From the NCBI GenBank assembly GCA_000708835.1, contig DF237451.1:3643-67642 (forward strand): 64,000 bases of DNA, written 5' to 3'. Under the pieces are notes generated by a model that saw only the letters and a program-made list of their open reading frames with translations, was not told the DNA's origin and ran no database searches. The position numbers and the translations under genes are program-made. The DNA comes from Klebsormidium nitens. Its lineage: Eukaryota > Plantae > Klebsormidiophyceae. Positions within the stretch are counted from its first letter, which is position 1. Each line of letters begins with the position of its first letter. Below are positions 35,701 through 46,590 of this stretch, piece after piece.

Positions 35701-38700
35701 ACATATCTGACTGGTGGTGAATTCAGGAAGAGAATCCATGCCAAAATGCAGCTGCCTCATAGCACATACTGCTGCCCCCATCCCTCTCACCTCCTCTTCT
35801 GCAAGCAGTGCCGATATTCCGCGAGAAATCCTCCCCGTGTCATCAACCTTGCGTCCTCCTTTTCAACGGGCCGCTCCAGGACAGCCACGCCTAATGTCAC
35901 CCCAGCCTTCCCCCTCTCTACGCTAACACTGTCTTCATTGGGACCTTCTGCCAGCACGCCCCCAAGGCTGCTGCCAACACTCCCATTCTCAGCACTGTTC
36001 TGCGAGTTCTCCGCTCCGCTTTTACTGCTTCCCTCTGAGGGCCCCGCAGGAGCCTCCCGCCTAGCCTGGTCTTCTTCTTCCTCAAGCACGAGAAGCCCGT
36101 TGCTCGATCCGCTCTCAGCACTTACTTCAGCACCCAAAGCGTCCTTCACCGATTGCTCTACTGCAACCCCGTTTGCAGAGCCATTCGGGCCATGGTCATC
36201 TGGCTCAGGCTGCGTTGCGGCTTCTTCATCGGGGTCGATTGGGTTTTTCCAGACGGGGTGCTTTACTGGGGGTTTGTGCAACGCACGATTCAGATGTTCC
36301 ACTGTGCTGCTGTGGCTGGCAGTGGGGGTACTGGCGGCTGCATGCCCATTTGGGGCACTGCCGTTGAGGTAACTAGTGGCCGGCTCCACCTGTAGCCGAA
36401 GTTGCCACGTGCTCAGAAGGTGCTCTCGTGATAACAAGTCCCCTTTCACACCAAAAGAATTGCCGTCCAATCAGAACCTTTGACCAGCGCTTAGGGGCCT
36501 CAAAGACAGTGCTGATGATCGCTACCACACATTTTTGTGCTGACAAGTGCCTTCAAATGGTGCCTGCTTACCCTTGCCCGCTCCAGGTACTGCTCCAGCC
36601 AAGCCACCGTAGTTGCATCCAGCTCTGGCACAGGATCCGTCAGTCGCAAGCTGCACACAACCGAGCGGCAAGAGTCAAGGGGCAACCTCGACTTAGAAAA
36701 ATCACTGATGATGCAGCTAGGCAGAAAACGAATTGCAAGTGATCAGAAGCCATTAAGAGCAACCAACAGCAGATAGGTTGCTTTCTACGACGAGGAGCTG
36801 TGACTACGCCCATCCAAGGAACCAAAGAGTGAGTCTGCATACCTGTCGTTCTTCTGCAGGAGCACGCGACAGATCGCCACGCGCCTTTCCTCTCCGCCAG
36901 ATGCGGCCCCCACCTCAGCGAGGACCCCCGCCGCCACTGACATCCTTTCCCCCGCATCGGAGCAGGCGTCCAGCGACCCCTGCAGGCTCCGCAGCTTGCC
37001 CGCCAGCGCCTCAACATCCACCCCCGCCGCCGCCATGTCTGCACTCAGCCCCTCGAAGTCGCGCAGCAACCGACGGGTCTCTTCCAGAGTGGGCTGCAGA
37101 CCGACCTCAACTTATGTCAAGAGTTGCAAGAAGCCTCTCTTCAAGCACCATCTCCCGCCACGTCTCTTGGCCGAACAAGGAGATGCCCCATCTCTTCCTT
37201 CCACCACCATGGCTGGTGCATTATATCAAGTGACCATCATCGATGCCACTCAAAGAGTCCGAGGCAGAGGCACAAAGGTAGGATTGGAACACTGAATGCT
37301 TAAGCTATAAGCAGGGCATGTGCCACTCAATGCGGCTCACCCGGATAGACTCCATGACAACCGGTCCTGCGCACTTGTATCCATTAACTTGAGAAGCCGC
37401 ATTGTATGCCTCCTCCAAAGAGGTGGCCGCTGCCGACACGCTCGGCGCTGCAGTTGCCGCCTTTCCTAGCGCAGCGCCCGTCACGGCCCTGCCGCTGCCA
37501 GGCCGCATACTGCGCAACAGCTCCTTCCCCACTGGAGTCACCTACGGGATACAAGAGAGCTCCAATCGACCAGGGGCTCCAGCCGGCACCCCTTGCGGAG
37601 AGGTTTTGCAGTTGCAGGCACAGGAATGCTTGTTGAAGATGATGCATGAGCTTTGGTGAGCAATCTGCAAATAGTAGCCCTAGCTTCTTTGAGAAGGATA
37701 CTCACCAGACACACCCCGAGCAACAAGATTGCTGAGGGCAGCAAAGCAGCACTTCCTCCGGAGAAAAGGTACTCCGTGGGACCCTGAAGAAACAAGACAG
37801 GTTGCATCAGCACAATGCTAGGCGGTTTGCCTTTCTATCTATGGCAACTAGCATCATGATTTGGGACAAATCATGACTGGTTTAAGCCACAAATCGGGCA
37901 ATTCCCGGGTGTGCCACTCCACAACACGTTGCCAGGAAAGACACGCCTTGCTGCTCTGGTTCAGGCCAAGCTTAGAAGCATTCTCACATATATACCACTT
38001 GCTTGGAAGGCGAGAAAGGCGCTAGCCAGACTCCTCTCCTCCAGGCATTCCCTCCCGCTCGGTTCGGCATCACCAGGGCTGTGATCAGCCTGGAAAACAA
38101 TAGCAGCAGACCAAGTGAGAACTTGAAGGAAACGAACCAGCCTTTTTGATCCAAAACTGGCATGATTCCAAGGTTTTAAGGCAGACAGTGATGCACCAAC
38201 TGCAGGACGGCTCTTCTCATCACTCGTCTTGACCACCATGGCTCATCGGACTCAAGATTGAAGACGATGGCTTCCATCTCTTGATAAAAGTGACGGGTGC
38301 CCGTGCACATTGTGCGCCGCAATTGATCCTCATCAAGGGATCCTGCAAGGCTGGCACCCCATGTTTCCTTGCCTGCACTGTCGAACCTCCGCTTGTACAA
38401 ACTTCTGGATCCACAGAGGTGGCCTCAGCGACACCACTGCCGACGAAAGTGCCTGCCAGGAGACCCAGCAGAGCCCGCCTCCCTAAACCTGCTTCAGAAA
38501 CCGAGCTTTCTCCGGTTTGCTGACCACCATGCTTGAATTCCAATCGTGTAGTAACCTGCACAGTCAAGGGGCCAATGAAATTGCTCGTAAGCCAATAAGA
38601 CCATTAGTCTTGCCGACGAGGGTGCTATTGAACCCTACTTTGGTTGAAGAAGCGAAGAAGGTGATCAAATTTGAGCCTGGCCATCAGGATCAAGAGGCTT

Positions 38701-39351
38701 GCTCTCTTGCGCATATGGTCTTGAATCTCTCAACCAAAACCGATCCATTCACATGATGACCGCTCAAGGTTGTGACTCAAGCAGTCTTGTGACCTTTCAA
38801 AGACTCACCCTTTGAGCATTCTGAGCTGCAGAACCGTCTACTTCGTCCTGCAGCGCCGACCGAGGGTGGTGCGGTATGCTTGCGGAACAGCACAACTTAA
38901 TCCTGGCAGCTTCATGTGACCAGCAACGCTGCAATTGCCTAGACTTGCCATTCCCGGTTCTCGGACTTCCTAATGCACCTCTCCGGCTCAAAGAACCCAG
39001 ATTTCGCGCTCTGCAGATGCCTAGTGCATTGTCAGATACCTGTGCTCCCTCGAAGAGCAGGGGCCAGTGCATCGAGAGCCCTCTGACACAAGGGACCAGC
39101 GTTAAATGCTGACCGTCCGAGCACCTCCTGTTGCAGCCAAACCTTGAACCTAGATGGCAACCAGGTCCATTCCTAGCATGCGGTCTGCCTGCCAATGCTT
39201 TGCCCTGCACCTTGATCCGCTTGTGCTTTGTCCGCAATCTTAGATGATTCAGACATTGCCCCCCAGCACGAACGGCTCGCTCTGACAACCCCGACATACT
39301 TCCTCCAAGGACCGCCACCCCTGACCCTTCGCGTAGCAGCTGGCTGGCCAT
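29711..39351 (-). CDS. MRL1: MRL1-like chloroplast P-class pentatricopeptide repeat protein with MRL1 C-terminal domain and long N-terminal extension; about 20 exons
   Basis: PPR exons: PDCHLYTGLITTCMNARRLDLAFK | VFHDMEAAGVEPNRYTFAALIHGCAEVRQVAKAFGAYSIMLKK | NIKPDQAVFNSLINACGRSGVVARAFDV... | LERAIEIY...EVYTSLVHACSKDGD...MPDE | VVFSALIDVAGHSGQLDVA. C-domain: ALQVYRETVAAG...LLGC..LP, LDMTYLPPNAAEVCVLAMIKRVRLKQAAG, VGSLLRRLQL...FVEQQRAIRLG. First exon 38808-39351 (MASQLLREG..., Arg/Ser/Ala-rich) resembles a transit peptide. The PPR and C-domain are secure; attachment of the exons above 36400 rests on splice-phase continuity. Confidence 0.85.
30107..30136. repeat. 15-bp exact tandem duplication in an MRL1 intron
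   Basis: CGACGTCTTGGCTAA x2. Confidence 0.9.
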
Positions 39352-39853
39352 GGTCCAATCTATGATGATTGAAGAGATTCCTGTGACAAGAACAGCTCTT
39401 ACAACACATACAGAGAAAAGAATGCTCAGTACTTTTGAAATAGCTGCATTCGGATCCGCGGATCTTCCAGATTCATGATGCCAAAAGGAAGATGCCCGCC
39501 ATCAACAACAGGACGAGACTTTCCTAGCCTTCAACATTGAGTTTGATGAACCATTGCTGGTATCCCAGTTTCGCGGTAACCACCCATCAGACGCCCTTTT
39601 CAGTTGGGTTGAATACGGTATCTCCTGCCAAAACAGCCAAAAGCACAAACTGGCGGATTCATCTTTGTCAGGGACGCTTTTCAAGATTGCACTTTTCAAA
39701 GCTGGTCGGCTGACCCCTCGAGGGTTCACCCAAACCGCAAAAGGATGGCCCTCAAACAACCTACAACCATTGATCGCCGTTCATTCTGATCGACACGTAG
39801 GATCGGACGCAGATCTAGCCCCAAAAGTTTGGATTAAGGTTAGGTGCATTACC

Positions 39854-40555
39854 TGGGGACGCGGAACATGGGCTAGAAATTTCACCGTCCGAAATTTGTC
39901 GGACGAAGTCGGGGCGGTACCAAACCGCGCGCGGTACTCGTTCAATACGCCGGCCCCCCGTATGAAATTCAAAATTCAAATCGCGAAAGGCCATTTTGGC
40001 AGCTCTGTACCACTTTTTCCACGCGAAAAGCCACCAACCTGGACTTTGGGCTGGACTCAATCTCCTCTGGGCCTTGACATTCGCCGTTGAGATCGTGACA
40101 TAGGGCCTTGAAACACGGATTTGACAACGCATTTTGGGCAGCATTTGACGTTTTCAAGCAAACAAAGCCATTTTTGCGCCCCTTTACCACGTTTACCTCA
40201 ACGAATCTCAGTAACCTAAAGAAGGTAATCGCTATATTCAAGTGAGGTCTTGACATATTGGCGTTGAGATCTGGTAAACGCACTTGGATTATTCTTATAA
40301 GGCCACCACTTTCCAGCATTTGCAGCCTCCGGTCAAATTTGAAACTTGAAATTGCATTCCTTTAAGTGTTCGCTTTGTGGCAGTCTGCAGTGTGCACTTG
40401 TGCACTGGTTTCACTGGCCGAGTTCAGATCTTCGGCTGTAGCCGTCTCGGAGGTACGGTACCGAGGCTTTCCAACCGGGGTGTCCGAGACCGTCCGAAGT
40501 GAAAGTTCCAGTCTGGGGCTCGGTGAAATAGTTTAGCCCATGTTCCGCGTCCCCA
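39854..40555. mobile_element. 702-bp non-autonomous DNA transposon with 22-bp perfect TIR and 7-bp TSD
   Basis: TGGGGACGCGGAACATGGGCTA at 39854-39875; TAGCCCATGTTCCGCGTCCCCA at 40534-40555. Flanking CATTACC at 39847-39853 and 40556-40562. Subterminal ATTTCACCG / CGGTGAAAT also paired. Confidence 0.88.
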
Positions 40556-40919
40556 CATTACCTCGGTTAAGCTCTTGGTTAGACGGAGATACGGAATCTG
40601 CGAGGGATTCACAATTTTGCCTAGGGAGTTTAGGCTCTCGTTCCAAGGACAGGCCAAACATGGCATGGGCTATCTCATCGGAGGGCTGTAAAGAAGCTTC
40701 TGAAGAATCGGATGGACATATTGCGTCCCAAAGCACGGCTTGAGGCTGAGCTTAAATGTGCATGCAGCATCCGCATGCTACGCATCACTGTCAGTGTCAG
40801 TGATTGTTCGCACCTGTTCAGTTTTGTTGTCAATGTCAGTGTTGACCAGTCTGCTCGTCGAATCTGCTCACCACCTAGCTGCCTTCTCCTTATCGCTTGC
40901 ACCACCTTATCTCTTGCAG

Positions 40920-43520
40920 ATGGCGTCTCCTGGTGCTGATTCTCGGGCCCCGTTGGGCGGAGCTGCAGCAGGCTCCGAAGGGCTGCATACGCCCCCTCCG
41001 GCAGCGCGCAGCGCTGAGGATATGTATCTGGATGCTTCCGACCAGGGGAACGAAAGCGATGAGGAATTTGTAAGAGATCCTGAGTTCGAGGCCGGCATTG
41101 TGCTCTCTCCACCGCCAGCCACCCCCACTGAGCCCAGCCCTGTAGTCAGCCCAGCACGGGAAACGAAAATTCCCCGCCGTATGGGCCCCAACATTCAGAA
41201 CATGTTCGTGGTAAGGACATCTCCTCTTATCTGAGCACGAGCAGAGTTCCTGCTTCGTCACATCAAGCGCTTAGTTCCTCCGCTCGCTTCTGAGATTCTG
41301 ATCATGCTCATCAATTATCATTCTGCCGATATCATTCCGCCCACAGCATGTGATTGCAACATTGCAAGGAGCTCAGAATCAGTATCACAGCCCATTGATA
41401 ATGGCCCTCATCAGTGCCCGACCGCTGCCACGATTGTTTCGAATGCCATTGTAGTACCTAGCTTCATTTGTTGATCCTGCCTCTGTCTATGGGGGCAGAT
41501 CTGTTAATGCGCGTTTGCTTTTGTTGAATTCTCCAGGTACGACATGGAGAGCGCTCGGACGACGCAGTCCCCGGGTGGGTTTTTTTTTTCATTCTTTCTT
41601 AGAAAAACTGGGCTTTCACTCGTTCTTCATTTTAGCGTTCGGCGTCCTTCTGTGCAAGGGAAGGTCCTAATGGACTTCCCCGGGCCACCAACACCTCTCA
41701 GACCAATATAACCGAGTGCAAGCACAGTGCGCTTGCCAATCTAGTCGGATAGAACTCGGTAGTCCTGTTCGAGTACGTTCTGTGCAGTAAAAAAACTATC
41801 AACGACCGGGTTCTAGGCAGAAAACGGGTACAACGGGCTAGAATATGATTCGTTCTAGACACATGCTGCCTAGAACGTAAGCGGTTCTAGTGAGAATACA
41901 TGATGGAGGTCGTACAACTGCCACCCCATGCATACATTTCATACATTCTTGTAGGTGGGAGAAGACGGCCGCCAGGCCTTGGGACCCCCCTCTCACAGAG
42001 AAAGGCTTTCAGCAGGCGTATAATATGGGTCAGCAGCTGCGCAACGAGGGGTACAAGATCGACCGAGTCGTCATCTCCCCTTTCCTACGGTGCCTTCAAA
42101 CGGCGGGTGAGATCATCAAAGCATTGGTGGACGGGGCAGGAGAAGATGAAGTCGCGCAGGACAGCAAGGGCAAGGGGGTAGAGCGCGCTCAGGATGGTGC
42201 CGCACGTGCGCCGGCAAGTACAGTGAAGGCGCACATAGACTACGGTTTGACGGAGCTGCTGAACGCGCGCGCTATTCGGAACCCGCCCCGGTCGGGCGCT
42301 GATCTGCACAGCAAGGACACGTGGCTCCTGCCAGAGGAACAGCTGCACGCACTGCTGCCATCGGGAGTGCTCGATGAATTGCTGGGAACTCAGGGGAAGG
42401 TGAGGAGTTTGGCATACTTAACGAGTGGTCCTGCTCCATTCCTCGTAACTTCCCCTCCACTTTTGGAGAGTCTTCACTATGACCAGCTTCTTTGGCTTCC
42501 TTTGTTGAATAAAACCCGTCCGTGATCAAGAGCTTTCCTGGTCACTCTTCCTTTCAACCACTGTTCAGTGATAATTGTCAATTGCTCTTGTTGTATTTGG
42601 AGCCTGCACACTGGTCCCGATTAACGGACGTTTTGATATGTCATCTACAAACTATCTTTGATGAAACTCAAGACACTGTGGTTTGATAGTAGCTGACAAG
42701 CCCACTAAGATACACCAGCTCTGACGCTTTGGCGTTCCAGGAGGATTGTCGGAATCCATCACCATACACTCGAGGCATGTCGCGATGATTGTGATGGTAG
42801 CACGTCTAAGAAACTTCTGTGTAATTTTCTGTGCGATTTTCGAAAAGCAAGTCCAACGTCTTACTGTGCAGTTCCCAGATTGGCCCGAGGATGATGAGGT
42901 GTGCCATGCTCGGTATGCCGAGGCTTATGGCAGGATTGGAGACCAGTTTCCAAACGAAGATATCATTTGCGTGACCCACGGTAAGGGCTATCACTTTCGT
43001 GAGCAATCAACCTATCTGCCTCGTTTCGTATTACTTCACTTGTCTAAGTTCAGTAAACGGGGTCAGAGTATCGCGGCTTCAAGGGCCAGCCTATGAAGTT
43101 CAATGCGTCCGTTTTGACAATGAACACCCCAAACTTGCCAGAGCCAGCATCTGTCAGTCGGTTCCATCAATCTGATGTGTTCTTTGTGTACCTCGACTTG
43201 ATCATCGCCAGACTACCTATGTGAAGCTGTACCACCTACAATACTTTTGCTATGTCCACGTACACTATGTTCTCTGGAGTTTGTGACGCTTTTCATTGAA
43301 TTGCTAAGGAGGACTAGGCTCATCACGCTGGCGTTTTGCAGGAGAGGGCGTTGGTGTTTCCGCCAGTCGGTTTAAAAAGGTTGTCGTTTACGCTGTGAAC
43401 TACTGTGGCTTCACTCAAGCGCAACGATCCAGACCTGGCACATCGGGAGAGCCAGACGAACAGTGGGACCTTGTGACGCAGTCTGAGGAAAGCGGAGTCT
43501 ACTGGACATTGACCACTTGA
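40920..43520 (+). CDS. Histidine phosphatase / phosphoglycerate mutase-family protein (plant At3g60450-like type), 5 exons
   Basis: Exons 40920-41210, 41537-41574, 41955-42399, 42872-42980, 43342-43520. They give QNMFVVRHGERSDD...GWEKTAARPWDPPLTEKG...RVVISPFLRCLQTA...DYGLTE...IICVTHGEGVGVS, with the RHG catalytic motif and the second His (VTHG). Confidence 0.9.
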
Positions 43521-44204
43521 AGCTGCTGTGTTATTTTGAAGGCATCAGTGATGTCACGGCACACAACTCGGGATTTTTCTCGAAGTTCAGTGCTAGGACC
43601 TTACCAAACTTCGTGGGTTTGACAGCGCAAGGGTTTTGCTAAGCGGATGCTGTCGTTAACGTTCGTTAGGCAAGGGAGATGCCCCACGTAGCGACGTAAT
43701 AAGGACGTACAAAAGTATCAGGGCGTCAAAGATACATACCAAGAAACTTGGCAAGGGGGTTGCCAGCCAGCAGTGTAAAAGCCCGGGACTCGGATTGTAT
43801 CGAGCAAACCGGTCCAGCACTTCGCTCAGTTGCAGGTCTGACGTACCATGCAGTCGGAGGGGTTTAATTAGACAGGATTGATCGAATCGATCAATCACCT
43901 CGTGGCTTGGGCGATGACACTAAAGAGACTGGTCAGAGATACACAAATGACAATACATATATAAGTTGACATGCATGCAGACGCGGAGTCGGAGCGCGGA
44001 CGACATGCTAGATAAGCACAGACTTTTTGCCGCATTTCGAGCCTAGAACTCGAAGGAACTTCGAATTGACATCGTGTCGATCGCAGATTCAACCACGTAT
44101 ATACCGACCACGATGCGACCACGATGCGCGCGCCAATATATATGTTGCTGAGTAATTTAGCATCTAGCTTTAATAGTACTAAGCTGTAGTATCATAGTAT
44201 ATGA

Positions 44205-45094
44205 CCATAGCGTTGTTGAAGTAGCGTGCAACCCCGCCTCTAACTCCGCCCGGTTGCTTGATGGAAAAGTGATCGGGGAGTTTGGGCCGAGATTCGTTTC
44301 GAGGATAAGGCTAATCAAAAGTCGACACCTGTCCGGGGTCGAAACCTGGTGCCAACTAGAAGCATCAATGATTGGTACTTTCAAGAAGTATGATCTGCCC
44401 GGTTGATGTGTATATTTTAACCGGGTAGCCCGGTCGCGCGCTATTCAGCACACTACCGGCAGATTTTAAGTTGTAGGCTAGTCTGCGGTAAGGTATAGTG
44501 TCTACGATCCCGGGCCTCGGCAGAGTTGACCCCCGTACCCGGTGGATGGGAAAATTGAGTTAGAAGTTGAACCTATTGAGGTCTGTCTACCCAACAACCA
44601 CCGACCGGACCAGATCTACCTACTGTGAGTGACGTCATCTATAGGTCTACCGTCCGCGTAAAGGTATGTACCAGTAGACTTACACTACTACACAAGTAGG
44701 CCTAAGCTTCCTAGGCTACATAAGTAGGTAGTAGCCAGTGTGCAGTGTTCAAATTGTTTCCAACGGTTCTATACCGCAGACCGCGCGGTACGGCCGGCGG
44801 CCCAAATAAGTAGTACCGGGTACCTAAAATACGGGTACCATGTCAGAACTGTCAGAACCGGCCCCTTACACTTGATTTTGGAGCTAGACTGTGTCAGATC
44901 TCGGTCCAAACTGGGAGCGATTGACACTATCAAACTTCTCAAATTGGCTGAGAATTGCGACCGCCGTCGATGCGAATATCTACGGCGAAAAAAGCCTTAT
45001 CCCAACAATCGAATCCGAAACCGAATTTGTTGTGGTGGCTTCTACGGCCTCCGAGTTAGAGGCGGGGTCGCGGGCTTCTTCAACAACGCTATGG
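44205..45094. repeat. Degenerate long inverted repeat (arms about 110 bp) bounding about 890 bp; probable old foldback/MITE element
   Basis: CCATAGCGTTGTTGAAG...CCCCGCCTCTAACTC (44205-44246) is inverse to GAGTTAGAGGCGGGG...CTTCAACAACGCTATGG (45053-45094). A second block GGATAAGGCT (44303-44312) is inverse to AGCCTTATCC (44993-45002) at matching spacing. Confidence 0.7.
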
Positions 45095-46590
45095 ACGTTT
45101 CATTTAATTTTACCGGCCCCGTATTTTGAATCATTTAATTATACCGGTGCCACCGCGTGGCACGTATACTATACACTGATATTATAAGCTTCTTATTTTC
45201 AAGGGCGCGGCCCGCGAGCACTAGATAGGTTGAATGACACGCGTATTGCAGCTGACCATTAATTGTACATGCATGCATATGGACCGGATGTGCACGCGGC
45301 GCCATTGCATACCGTTGTCATGTGCAATCTTGAGCTTGCAATGTCGAGCTAACCGTCGTATACTCGAATTCCGTCTTAAAAAGATTGAATGGAAGACATG
45401 CCGCCGCCCCGGCCGGCCATGACGTGAGTCACATGTACCGTGTCATGCAGAGCACTTCAAAGCTCAATGGTTTGAATCCGATTTTTAGCTGCTGCATTGA
45501 AACGCGTGCAAAGTCTGCATGGCACTTCAAAGCTTTGAAAAAGTGAGTAAGCCTGGACTCGAGGACTTACGTACTTGATTGGGATCTGCCGATGTAACTG
45601 GCATCGTGCTCGATATAGGCCTCGCGACTGCGCGCATTGCAGTCGGACTCATGCTTAATTTGATTGTAAGTCGTAGAGACAGAGAGTGCGGCCAAAGGTC
45701 ATTCGGCATACGTACTAACATTTACTCGCATGCTGGCCAAGTCACTGTGCGTCGGAAGTGCGGCACAACTGCTTCCGACAAGTCCCAGTGAGTCAGCATG
45801 ACGGGCTTGATGAACGGGCCAAACAGCCTATCCTGCCTAATACTCAACATGCTTGGCAGACGGGTTGGTTTATACGTCACCCCTGTCATGAAAGGCAATA
45901 AGCAATTAGCTTACACTTTCCTCTCGCCAGCGATGAAAGGCCTGTGCCGGCAATGGTCTTGCTTTGCGCATGGCGTATGAAGTCGAAACGTTATGCTTTC
46001 CCGCCTTGCCGTCTCGGTGCCTCCGGCGCCTTCAGCGCTGTATCCTGAAGTTGCACGACCAGAATTGACCGTTCAATCACTAATGCAACAAGATTCAATA
46101 AGACGTTGTATTCACGCGCCTTTGCAACGGTACGGCTGCGCGAATAACAAAGACATTCGCATCCGTTGTCCTGGCTTTGCCCGCAGCATGACGGTTTTAG
46201 TTCGGCCGGGGGGACCTTTCCAGACCGGGCGGGTCTAAGAGTACACAGCGAGAGCTCATAGAGTGCTTCCAACACTTGCAGGCGATAAAGCATGTGTTCG
46301 ACACCATCCTGCAGACTCGACCCTGTGGGCTTGCTTAACTTCAGAAGCCTCGTTCCAACTTTGACTCCAAGAGAAGCCCAAAGGATGTCTAGGACGGCTG
46401 AAAAGAATGGCAGCTAGCCATGTGAGGCAGCAAGAGTCCGTTCGAAAAGCAAGGAGCTCATTAGCCGGCAAGAATATCCAGAAAGGGACCCTCACCTGGA
46501 AGCAATCGAAGCTCTCAGCCATTGGGTGGATAGGGGATGGAGTTTGGGCCCAGAAAATGCGGGAGCACGTGCTGGCTTCGCACGAGGAGA

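Noticed and set aside
45147-45163. GTGCCAC-CGC-GTGGCAC hairpin as a Helitron end or terminator
   Set aside because: Followed by GTATACTAT rather than CTRR; bacterial-type terminators are not relevant to this nuclear context.
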